Assembly (NCBI RefSeq): GCF_009557235.1 | Contig: NZ_CP045650.1 | Coordinates: forward strand, 2,070,001-2,102,000 | Length of the DNA: 32,000 nt | Source: Acinetobacter wanghuae | GTDB lineage: Bacteria; Pseudomonadota; Gammaproteobacteria; Pseudomonadales; Moraxellaceae | Reading direction: 5' to 3' | Shown here: positions 1 through 9,400 of the stretch, one piece after another | Numbering within the stretch: position 1 is the stretch's first letter | Layout: the number at the start of each line of letters is the position of its first letter | The notes under the pieces: generated by a model | Seen by the model: the letters and a program-made list of their open reading frames with translations, nothing else | What the model was told of the DNA's origin: nothing | The model's database searches: none | Made by a program: the position numbers and the translations under genes

Positions 1-600
1 ATTTTAAGAAAAAGAATATGGCAAAGCCTTTGGGCAGGTATATGGCTATGGCTGTTTACTGTGGCTGTATTTTTTAGCTACATTCAATTCAATGCCAAAT
101 TTCAAACTGATCAACAACCACCGCAAGCAATTATTGTCTTAGGTGGTGGTGTTGAACGTGCTGAGCCCACCCCAAGTCTAAGAAAACGTTTAGATGCTGC
201 TGCATATTATGCAAAAACTTATCCATCAGCCCTTATGATTGTATCGGGTGGCTTAGTTTCAGGAGAAAGTTATAATGAAGCATCTGTCATGCATCGATAT
301 TTATTACAGCAACATCCAAATTTAAAAAATAAAATTGTGCAGGAAGATCGCAGTACCAGTACTGCATTAAATTTAAGTTATTCAAAAGACATCTTGAATG
401 CAAATAGTATTTCGCTCACGCAACCTATTGCCATTGTAACCAGCGATTTCCACTTATTACGTGCTCAAGCTATTGCGAAACATCAAGGCTATCAACAGAT
501 CATCGCTGTCAGTGCAGATACCCCACTATATATTCGCTATCATTCATGGTTACGTGAATATTTTGCTTATATCAGTGGTTGGCTATTGAATGAATATTAA
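1..600 (+). CDS. DUF218 / YdcF-family protein; 5' end probably lies outside the window
   Basis: Frame 1 is open from nt 1, with no stop before the track's GTG at 61, so the ORF likely begins upstream. Motifs IIVLGGGV, MIVSGG, EDRSTSTALN and IVTSDFHLLRA fit the DUF218 signature. The N-terminus is hydrophobic. Confidence 0.7.
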   Translation: MLRKRIWQSLWAGIWLWLFTVAVFFSYIQFNAKFQTDQQPPQAIIVLGGGVERAEPTPSLRKRLDAAAYYAKTYPSALMIVSGGLVSGESYNEASVMHRYLLQQHPNLKNKIVQEDRSTSTALNLSYSKDILNANSISLTQPIAIVTSDFHLLRAQAIAKHQGYQQIIAVSADTPLYIRYHSWLREYFAYISGWLLNEY

Positions 601-613
601 TCGTTAAAGTACA

Positions 614-1084
614 TTAAGAATTCAGGCGAATCTGGCGTGGTAGTGGTATGGCAGCATTTTTAAACAGTTCAGGTTTTTGAACATAAATCTGATAAAGATA
701 ATTTTTGATATCTAAGAGAAATTTTTCTGGTGCAACCAAGATATTCTGCCCTTCAGGCGTCAAGTCTAAAGACAATGTGGTGTTCTCTTGACGTAAAAAA
801 GGAATCACTTTTTCTACAAAATCTTTTAAGGTGATTTCCTGAACTTCGTATTTTTCCCAATTATCTTTTATCAGTAACTTTGCAAGCCCCTTACTTTGCC
901 ACGTTGCAAATGCTTTTTGGCCAGTAGGTGTTGCACAAAGTGCCCATCCATCCTGATATAAGGCATAAATACTGGCTTGAGCCACGATAGTTTCAATAAA
1001 CGATTTGTAGACTTGTAGAGGATCGTAAGCGGAATTTTGAGTTTTAGACGCAGCCTTGCGTTGATATGGATTTCTCATAGCCAT
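614..1084 (-). CDS. DUF2750-like hypothetical protein
   Basis: 156-aa ORF. The pattern YALYQDGWAL...ATWQSKGLA...ITLKDFVEKVIPFL...LDLTPEGQNILVAPEKF matches my recollection of the DUF2750 family. It lies 66 nt downstream of the tRNA array on the same strand. Confidence 0.5.
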   Translation of the reverse strand: MAMRNPYQRKAASKTQNSAYDPLQVYKSFIETIVAQASIYALYQDGWALCATPTGQKAFATWQSKGLAKLLIKDNWEKYEVQEITLKDFVEKVIPFLRQENTTLSLDLTPEGQNILVAPEKFLLDIKNYLYQIYVQKPELFKNAAIPLPRQIRLNS

Positions 1085-1150
1085 GAAATCTTAAAATTAT
1101 TATAGATTTGGATTTTATGGAAAATTGAGAGTTTAAGCAAGAAGAGAATA

Positions 1151-1226
1151 TGGTGGGCGCTGACGGGATCGAACCGCCGACATTCTGCTTGTAAGGCAGA
1201 CGCTCTACCAACTGAGCTAAGCGCCC
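1151..1226 (-). tRNA. tRNA-Val (anticodon UAC), copy 4 of 4 in transcription order
   Basis: The reverse complement is GGGCGCTTAGCTCAGTTGGTAGAGCGTCTGCCTTACAAGCAGAATGTCGGCGGTTCGATCCCGTCAGCGCCCACCA. It folds as a cloverleaf with anticodon loop CTTACAA, a GGTTCGATCC T-arm and an encoded CCA. Confidence 0.95.
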
Positions 1227-1324
1227 TGAGGAATAAAAACAACAGTGTTGCTTTTATGACGCAAGACAAACGAAGTGTGTCGTCTTGGTGTTTTGATCAC
1301 ATCTTTCATCTCAGGAATGAAAAA

Positions 1325-1401
1325 TGGCGCAGCGGACGGGACTCGAACCCGCGACCCCCGGCGTGACAGGCCGGTATTCTAACCAACTGAACTACCGCTG
1401 C
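1325..1401 (-). tRNA. tRNA-Asp (anticodon GUC), variant copy
   Basis: The reverse complement is GCAGCGGTAGTTCAGTTGGTTAGAATACCGGCCTGTCACGCCGGGGGTCGCGGGTTCGAGTCCCGTCCGCTGCGCCA, with anticodon loop CTGTCAC. It differs from the other three Asp copies by a compensatory change in the anticodon stem (C:G instead of U:A at the outermost pair). Confidence 0.95.
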
Positions 1402-1424
1402 ATCGCATATATCTTTCAAAGATA

Positions 1425-1500
1425 TGGTGGGCGCTGACGGGATCGAACCGCCGACATTCTGCTTGTAAGGCAGACGCTCTACCAACTGAGCTAAGCGCCC
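1425..1500 (-). tRNA. tRNA-Val (anticodon UAC)
   Basis: 76 nt, identical to the copy at 1151..1226. Confidence 0.95.
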
Positions 1501-1530
1501 TTAAAGGGTCAAACTGTTTGATTCTTAAGA

Positions 1531-1607
1531 TGGCGCAGCGGACGGGACTCGAACCCGCGACCCTCGGCGTGACAGGCCGATATTCTAACCAACTGAACTA
1601 CCGCTGC
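1531..1607 (-). tRNA. tRNA-Asp (anticodon GUC)
   Basis: 77-nt cloverleaf with anticodon stem-loop TCGGC-CTGTCAC-GCCGA and an encoded CCA. Confidence 0.95.
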
Positions 1608-1621
1608 ATCACAAAAAAATC

Positions 1622-1697
1622 TGGTGGGCGCTGACGGGATCGAACCGCCGACATTCTGCTTGTAAGGCAGACGCTCTACCAACTGAGCTAAGCGCCC
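1622..1697 (-). tRNA. tRNA-Val (anticodon UAC)
   Basis: 76 nt, identical to the other Val copies. Confidence 0.95.
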
Positions 1698-1717
1698 TCA
1701 AAAGGTCTATCGTAAAA

Positions 1718-1794
1718 TGGCGCAGCGGACGGGACTCGAACCCGCGACCCTCGGCGTGACAGGCCGATATTCTAACCAACTGAACTACCGCTGC
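1718..1794 (-). tRNA. tRNA-Asp (anticodon GUC)
   Basis: Identical to the copy at 1531..1607. Confidence 0.95.
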
Positions 1795-1843
1795 AATTTC
1801 ACAATGTCGCTATTGTGGCAAACGAATGATCAAGATTTTAAAA

Positions 1844-1920
1844 TGGCGCAGCGGACGGGACTCGAACCCGCGACCCTCGGCGTGACAGGCCGATATTCTA
1901 ACCAACTGAACTACCGCTGC
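1844..1920 (-). tRNA. tRNA-Asp (anticodon GUC)
   Basis: Identical to the copy at 1531..1607. Confidence 0.95.
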
Positions 1921-1949
1921 ACTATAAAATCTCAAAAATGAAAGAAACT

Positions 1950-2025
1950 TGGTGGGCGCTGACGGGATCGAACCGCCGACATTCTGCTTGTAAGGCAGAC
2001 GCTCTACCAACTGAGCTAAGCGCCC
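1950..2025 (-). tRNA. tRNA-Val (anticodon UAC), promoter-proximal copy
   Basis: 76 nt, identical to the other Val copies. Confidence 0.95.
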
Positions 2026-2057
2026 TTTCAAATCGACTTCATCGCTTGATGAGGTGC

Positions 2058-2085
2058 ATTATAGAGAATCTTCACGGTGTGTCAA
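2058..2085 (-). promoter_or_regulatory. Near-consensus sigma70 promoter of the tRNA Val/Asp array
   Basis: The minus strand reads TTGACA (2085..2080), a 16-nt spacer, then TATAAT (2063..2058), followed by the GC-rich discriminator GCACCTC. The first tRNA starts 32 nt downstream of the -10 element. An A-rich, UP-element-like tract lies upstream (plus coordinates about 2086-2130). Confidence 0.7.
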
Positions 2086-2544
2086 ACGCTTTTCTGACTG
2101 TTTTCCACTTTTTAGTTACGAGTGATTAAAAAATAGGTTAATTGTTAAAAAAAACAACACTTTTTGTATATTTTTTAAGTTTATAGCGAAAAAATTTTAT
2201 TGCTTAGCTAAAACTGACTTAGTTTTTTTAAGAATCTTTTTCTGTAAAAAGGCTTTCCCCACCTTTATTGCACATTAATTAAACCAAGATCACTGACTCA
2301 ACCGCTATAGGAGTCGGCTCTTATTATTTTAACGATCGTTTAAGACCAAAAAATAATCAAAAGTGCTTTTATTGGATTTCAATACAGATGAGAGCATTAA
2401 AAACTTTCATCCCATTTTTTAATCAAGGATTCAAAATACGAGAATATTCACTTTTTTATTGAAGTCTTCTTTTATAACGGCTGCTTTGTTCTTTTTATGG
2501 CGCAGTACACATCCACTTCGATCCATCTAAAAAAAAGCACAACC

Positions 2545-3072
2545 TTAAATGCTATGCTCTGAAATATAAACCAAGGCGTGTTCATCGACGAGATCAAACA
2601 GTTCAATTACATCTTTATTGCGCATCCGGATACAGCCATGCGATAAAGGCTGCCCCATCGGCTCACAATCGGGTGTCCCATGAATATAGATATAACGCTG
2701 ATAACTATCACAGCCCTTGCCTTGATTGAACCCAGGCTCTAAACCGCCTAATCGCAAAATACGACTCAGAATCCAATCCCGTTCAGGATATTGTTGTGCT
2801 AATTCAGCGCTATAAATTTCACCAGTCGTTTGTCTTGCAATAAATACACTATTCATCGGTTGATCATGACCAAACTTTTCTGCAATGCAGTGGAAACCTC
2901 GTGGCGTCTTGCCACTATTTTCCGCTTCGCCAATGCCATTTAAACCCGTGGACACGCTATAGCTTTTGTTGAGTTTTGGCAGATAAAGTTTTTGGGCTGC
3001 TAAATCAATCAAAATATCAACCTGATCAATCCTAAGCTTTTCTATCGAATTAACAGACATATCATTCATCAT
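2545..3072 (-). CDS. L,D-transpeptidase (YkuD-domain) family protein
   Basis: The C-terminal motif YIYIHGTPDCEPMGQPLSHGCIRMRNKDVIELF contains the catalytic H...SHGC(I/V)R signature of YkuD L,D-transpeptidases. The start overlaps the stop of the upstream ybaN-like gene; alternative ATG starts lie at 3069 and 3060. Confidence 0.8.
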   Translation of the reverse strand: MMNDMSVNSIEKLRIDQVDILIDLAAQKLYLPKLNKSYSVSTGLNGIGEAENSGKTPRGFHCIAEKFGHDQPMNSVFIARQTTGEIYSAELAQQYPERDWILSRILRLGGLEPGFNQGKGCDSYQRYIYIHGTPDCEPMGQPLSHGCIRMRNKDVIELFDLVDEHALVYISEHSI

Positions 3073-3451
3073 TTTGTGTTTTTAAGATCTGCGTTTGAGG
3101 TTCAGGACGGCGCCATAACCAAATCGCCACAATCAACATAGTTAAATCGGTAAATATTTTCACGGCAATTGGGGCATTGGTAAACAGCATAATGATACCG
3201 CTCAACAACATCATACTACTGGCAAACCATTTTGCCTTGCGAGGAACTGTGCCATTTTCACGCCATGCGCGTAAGGTTGCGCCATATTTAGGATGATTGA
3301 GCAACCACGCATCCATTTGTGGCCAACCTTTTGATGCTGCCCATGCCGCAAGAATCAAAAAGACCGTCGTTGGCATACCCGGAAGCAATGCACCGATAAA
3401 ACCAAGCAATACAAATAGTATTACCAAGCCTCGCCAAAACAACGTTTTCAT
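3062..3451 (-). CDS. DUF454 (YbaN-like) inner-membrane protein
   Basis: 129 aa and very hydrophobic. The LLPGMPTTVFLILAAW...NGTVPRKAKW pattern is typical of the YbaN/DUF454 family. Confidence 0.75.
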   Translation of the reverse strand: MKTLFWRGLVILFVLLGFIGALLPGMPTTVFLILAAWAASKGWPQMDAWLLNHPKYGATLRAWRENGTVPRKAKWFASSMMLLSGIIMLFTNAPIAVKIFTDLTMLIVAIWLWRRPEPQTQILKTQNDE

Positions 3452-3537
3452 AAAACAACCTTAAGCACACAATTGCGGTAGTATAAAGTGTTTTGGTTGT
3501 ATTCGTTGTATTTAAAACATTTCAAATAGGATGTTGT

Positions 3538-4401
3538 ATGCCCTCTCCCCAGTTGAAGACCGAGCTCAATGAAGCATGGCTATCTTATCAACATCCTTTA
3601 GTGCGCCAATTGGCGTTTGCCATTGGCAGTCCCAATATTCTCTGTCAAATCCCACAAGAACTTGAGATCCATCATGATTTTGAGTTGCATTCTGATATTG
3701 TGTGGCAAGCTCATTTAGACGCTTATCATCCGCGTTTAATACAACTAGATCGCGATCCGACGGCACTCATTGATTTTGTGAGCACCTTAAAAAGTACCCG
3801 TTTGGGCTTACGCTTTGAAATGTTCGTTTGGTTTTGGCTTTTGGATGATGCCTATCATCACTACACCTTACTCGGTCATAGTATTCAAAAAATTGCTGGA
3901 CCAAGAACGCTCGGTGAATTGGATTTTGTTATTTTAAACAATCAAACCCAACAGATTGAGCATTGGGAAGTGGCTTTAAAATATTATTTAGCAGAAGCTG
4001 ATTTAAGTTTGCCACATTGGTATGGACTCAATCGTAGTGACACGCTACAACGAAAACTAAAGCATTTCACCCAAAAGCAGTTCCAATTTGAAGATGCTCT
4101 CGGGTATCAGATTGAAAGACGCTTTTGCATGCTGAAAGGACAACTATACATCCCACCTCATATCAACCCTAACGAATTGCCTGATTGGGTCAATACTCAA
4201 CGGCGCATTGGCTTATGGGATCATCACATTCCCCATCAAGCAGAGGCTTATTATCGCCTGCAACGCCATGAATGGATTTATCCAGAAGTAGATCCAACCA
4301 GTGATCCTGCCCTCTGGTGGACAGATGGTTTATATAAGAAACAATGCAGTCAGGATTTTTATATGTATCGGCAGATGAAATTTACACCCTTGATTCCATA
4401 A
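3538..4401 (+). CDS. DUF1853 family protein (possible PD-(D/E)xK-like fold)
   Basis: The ORF track opens at 3493, but the ATG at 3538 has a TAGGA Shine-Dalgarno about 6 nt upstream. Motifs GELDFVILN and IEHWEVALKYYL fit my recollection of DUF1853. Confidence 0.6.
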   Translation: MPSPQLKTELNEAWLSYQHPLVRQLAFAIGSPNILCQIPQELEIHHDFELHSDIVWQAHLDAYHPRLIQLDRDPTALIDFVSTLKSTRLGLRFEMFVWFWLLDDAYHHYTLLGHSIQKIAGPRTLGELDFVILNNQTQQIEHWEVALKYYLAEADLSLPHWYGLNRSDTLQRKLKHFTQKQFQFEDALGYQIERRFCMLKGQLYIPPHINPNELPDWVNTQRRIGLWDHHIPHQAEAYYRLQRHEWIYPEVDPTSDPALWWTDGLYKKQCSQDFYMYRQMKFTPLIP

Positions 4402-4521
4402 ATTAATCTACTTCTATTACATTTATTTACCGAAGCACTATGAAAACCACATACTGTTTGTAGCGTATATTTTTTACTCTAACTCCACATCATAATAATT
4501 TTATTATTGATAATTACGGAG

Positions 4522-4677
4522 ATGATGATGAAAAAAATTCTAGCTACTTCTTTGGTCATGGCTTTTGTATTAACTGGATGTAACACCTTTAAAGGCGTAG
4601 GTAAAGATGTGTCTAAAGCAGGTCAAGCGGTAACTGGCACTGCTGAAAAAACTTCTGAAGAAATTCGCCGCAATTAA
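4522..4677 (+). CDS. Entericidin A/B-family small lipoprotein (below the ORF-track size cut-off)
   Basis: Translation is MMMKKILATSLVMAFVLTGCNTFKGVGKDVSKAGQAVTGTAEKTSEEIRRN*. It has a lipobox LTGC followed by NT.KG.G.D, as in EcnA/EcnB. A GGAG lies at 4518-4521; three in-frame ATGs (4522, 4525, 4528) are possible and 4528 has the best spacing. A terminator follows directly. Confidence 0.85.
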   Translation: MMMKKILATSLVMAFVLTGCNTFKGVGKDVSKAGQAVTGTAEKTSEEIRRN

Positions 4678-4700
4678 TTTAATTGCTTTTCATAAAGGAG

Positions 4701-4723
4701 CCCTATTTAAATAGGGTTTTTTT
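4701..4723 (+). terminator. Rho-independent terminator after the entericidin-like gene
   Basis: The palindrome CCCTATTTAAATAGGG is followed by a run of seven T. Confidence 0.7.
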
Positions 4724-4731
4724 ATGTCTAA

Positions 4732-5931
<1,200 letters not shown>

Positions 5932-5951
5932 TCAAGTTTGAGAGTAAAACA

Positions 5952-5981
5952 AAAAAGGAACGCCATGGCGTTCCTTTTTTA
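5952..5981. terminator. Bidirectional rho-independent terminator between convergent dapE and the chp operon
   Basis: AAAAAAGGAACGCCATGGCGTTCCTTTTTT is a GC-rich hairpin flanked by an A-run and a T-run. Confidence 0.8.
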
Positions 5982-6006
5982 TAACTGACGATTCCTTTAA
6001 AGTGAC

Positions 6007-6465
6007 TTACAGCCCAATCGATGCCTGAATATGTGCCATATTCGGAATATGATAAATTTTTTCACCCATGCGCACATATTGAAAGATTGCAGCATCTTTC
6101 ACATCTAGATCAGCATCTACAACTTCCGAAATACGAATACGTACAGTTTTCGGCATTTCATTGCACATGAGAGCAAAACGCTGAGTGATCTCATCACCTT
6201 CAATGACGAGTGCCACGCCATTTTTATCGCTAGGCTCACTGACTGAATAGACTGGCAGCATAGCTTCATGCCATTCTACTGATTGGACTTGTCGATCACT
6301 ATCGAGTGCAGATAACACAATATTTTGTGGCAATAACATCGGTTCTTTACCATAACAATCGATGATATACGCATCGATAAATCCAGTTGAAACCGTAATC
6401 AGATGCTGAAGCTCTTGCTGACTGATTTTGTCGTGAGTATGTATTGAAACCAATGCTTGACTCAT
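6007..6465 (-). CDS. Small divergent CheW-like (ChpC-like?) protein
   Basis: 152-aa ORF starting 3 nt after the chpA stop. The layout LLPQNIVLSAL...MLPVYSVSE...VALVIEGDE.TQRFALMCNEMPKTVRIRISEV resembles a CheW domain by eye only. The family assignment is tentative. Confidence 0.4.
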   Translation of the reverse strand: MSQALVSIHTHDKISQQELQHLITVSTGFIDAYIIDCYGKEPMLLPQNIVLSALDSDRQVQSVEWHEAMLPVYSVSEPSDKNGVALVIEGDEITQRFALMCNEMPKTVRIRISEVVDADLDVKDAAIFQYVRMGEKIYHIPNMAHIQASIGL

Positions 6466-6468
6466 ATC

Positions 6469-9400
6469 TTAGCCCTGTTTTTCAGCAATTAAATCTTGCA
6501 CATTTGCCAATAATTCAGCTTCTTGGAATGGTTTACCCATATAGTGCGTTACGCCCAAGTTAAATGCACGTTCACGATGTTTCTCACCAGTTCTTGAAGT
6601 AATCATAATAATCGGCAAATCGCGATGAATTTCGTGATGGCGAACCAAATTGGTCACTTCAAAACCATCCATACGTGGCATCTCAATATCGAGCAACATC
6701 AAATCTGGTCTAATATTTTCAAGTTGCTCAATCGCATCGACACCATCTTTGGCAGTCACCACATCATAACCTTGACGCTCAAGTAGACGTGAAGTTACTT
6801 TACGTACCGTCACTGAGTCATCCACAATCATCACTAAACGGCGTGAATCACTTGAACGTTGCTCACGCTGATCAATATGGTGTTTGATTCGTTGCGTTGC
6901 TTGAATCTGACGCGCCACATTTTGTCCATCGAGAATCAGACAAACTTGACCATCACCCAAAATCGTTGCGCCTGCAACCACGCCGACATTGGCAAACTGT
7001 ACCCCAATTGGTTTCACCACAATTTGTGCACGCGAACCGACGAGTTGATCCACCAATAAAGCAGTGGTTTGTCCATGATTGCCTTTAATTAACAATACAG
7101 GCAAAGAATGCATAACGTTGTTTAGACGTGGAATCGGTTGATTGGAAACGAACTCGGACACGTAACGTAATTTATAATCTTGCCCATCAATTTTAAAGAA
7201 GTCTTCTTTGCTATTGAAATAGGTTTCTAAGGTCGATGGTGCGATACGTACAATACGGTCAATTTGTGCCAACGAAATTGCAAATTGTTGATCGCCCGCT
7301 TTGACCATTAAGGCATCGCTGACCGCAACCGTTGTCGGTACACGAATGGTAAAGGTTGTGCCTTTACCCAATTCGGATTGAATTGAAACATGCCCACCCA
7401 GTGATTTAATTTCACTTTGGACAACGTCTAGACCCACACCGCGTCCTGAAATTTGAGTCACCGCTTTTGCAGTACTGAAACCTGGGTGGAAAATAAATTG
7501 TAATAGCTCTTCTGAATCAATCGCTTGTTCAGGTTGAACTAAATTCAAACTGATGGCTTTTTCACGAATACGTTCTGCATCGATCCCTTTACCATCATCA
7601 CTAAAGGAGACAATAACATCGGTGCCTTGACGGCTAATATTGAGCACAATTGAACCAACTTCTGGCTTGTTCAAAGCGATACGTTCTGCTGTGTCCTCAA
7701 TACCATGGTCAATCGCATTTCGTAGCATGTGCTCAAATGGTGTGACTAAGCGTTCAAGAATGGTACGGTCTAATTCACCTTCAGTATTTTGAACGATTAA
7801 TTCTGCTGGACGGTTAAGTGTGGTCGATGTTTGACGCACAATACGTTGTAATCGTGGTAGCATCCGATCAAACGGCACCAAACGGGTACGCATTAAGCTT
7901 TCTTGAATTTCAGCCTGAATACGCGATTGTTGTAACAATAAACCTTCGGTATCACGAATTTTATTAGACAGCGTACTTTTAAAGTCCACCAAATCCGACG
8001 CAGATTCCGCCAATGATTTTGACAATTGATTCAAAGATGAATATTGATCCATTTCTAATGGGTCAAAATCAGCATAGCGTGAATTTTCATTGCCATGTTT
8101 CGCAATAATTTGTGATTCTAACTCACCATCCATACGACGTAACTGATCAGCAAGACGTTTGATCGCGAGTTCCATCTCGTTCAAGGTATTCCCGAGCTGA
8201 CCAAGATCCATCTCAATACGTGAACGGTTAATCGCATTTTCACCAGAAAGATCAATCATTTTCTCGACCAAATCTGCCGAGATTCGGATCATTTCATTGT
8301 TACTATCGGTATTATTCGATTCTGACCATTCACCGAGCATACTTGGTGGTTCTGAACCATCACCCTGCACAAATTCGAAACTCGTGCTCGCAGAAAGGCT
8401 TTCAGTTTTGGTTAAACGCTCTGGCAATTGCGCAGTCACATCGACATATTCAATCGCTTCTAATGCCGAACGAATATGCTCAAAATTGTCATACTCGCGT
8501 TTAAAGATCGCTGTCTTTAACCATTCAAGCGTTTTTAATAATAAGGCATCGTATGCATTTGAATTGAAATGATGTACTGCAAACTGTTCAAACGTGGTCT
8601 CTAGCTCATAAGCAATGGTGGCGATGGTTTCATTCGCCATCATACGTGCGCCACCTTTAATACTATGTACTGCACGTTGTAATTGAAGTAATAAACTTCG
8701 GTCACTACGTTGATCAAACCATTGATTAAGGAGCTTCTCAGTATTGGCTAAAATCTCTTCTGCTTCTTCTAAGAAGGTTTCTTCAACAATCGATTGAAGT
8801 TCCTCTTCTTCACTCAGTACCGCTTTATTTTCAAATGCAGGTGACACTTCTTTTGTCGTTACTTCAAATTCAGCATCCTGTTCTGTATGCTCAGCAACAG
8901 ATTCGTTAAGTACGTCATTAGCCTCATTGGTCTCAAGATCAACGGCTTCTGAAAGCGTGTGAACACCATCTATCGACTCTAGCGCTGTCACATTCTCTTC
9001 TGTTGAGGCATCTGGAGTTACTGAAGCACTTTCAGCTTCAACCACGACTTCTGACATCGTTTGTTCGAGAGCTGCCACATGAACCGTGGACTGACCATCT
9101 ACAATGCCTTGGATATTTTGCAAAATATCAATTGCTGCCGGAGCAGGATAATCAACTAAATCATCACGAATGGATTGAATACGATCGGAAATATTATCTT
9201 GAACTAAACGGATAATTTGAATGAGTGTAGATGTAACTGGAATTTGCTTACGAATAACACGTTCATAAATACTTTCTAGTTCATGCGCAATTGAACCGAT
9301 ATGCGATGCGGCAATCATATTCGCGCCACCTTTTAAGGTGTGCAAATAACGCATTAAATTATTTAAAGAAGTGGTATCAACGTGATTTTTTGACCATGTA

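Noticed and set aside
1151-2025. Regular repeat/spacer appearance that could be mistaken for a CRISPR array
   Set aside because: The repeats are 76-77 nt and fold as canonical tRNA cloverleaves with encoded CCA. Two repeat types are interspersed (Val-Asp-Asp-Val-Asp-Val-Asp-Val) and spacers vary from 14 to 98 nt. No cas genes are present.
1075-2129. Track ORFs 1075..1269(-), 1717..1941(+), 1810..2031(-) and 1938..2129(+)
   Set aside because: They lie entirely across the tRNA-Val/tRNA-Asp genes and contain internally repeated peptides (for example MAQRTGLEPATLGVTGRYSNQLNYRC twice) that simply reflect the repeated tRNA sequence. They are not coding.
2498-2530. TGGCGCAG...CTTCGATCC resembling the 3' end (reverse complement) of a tRNA-Asp remnant
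   Set aside because: Only the first 8 nt match the Asp gene. The following bases cannot form a T-arm or acceptor stem. It is probably a chance similarity.
3493-3537. Upstream extension of the DUF1853 ORF (MVVFVVFKTFQIGCC...)
   Set aside because: It uses a non-ATG start with no Shine-Dalgarno. The ATG at 3538 has a TAGGA at good spacing, and the extension overlaps the divergent ybaN promoter region.
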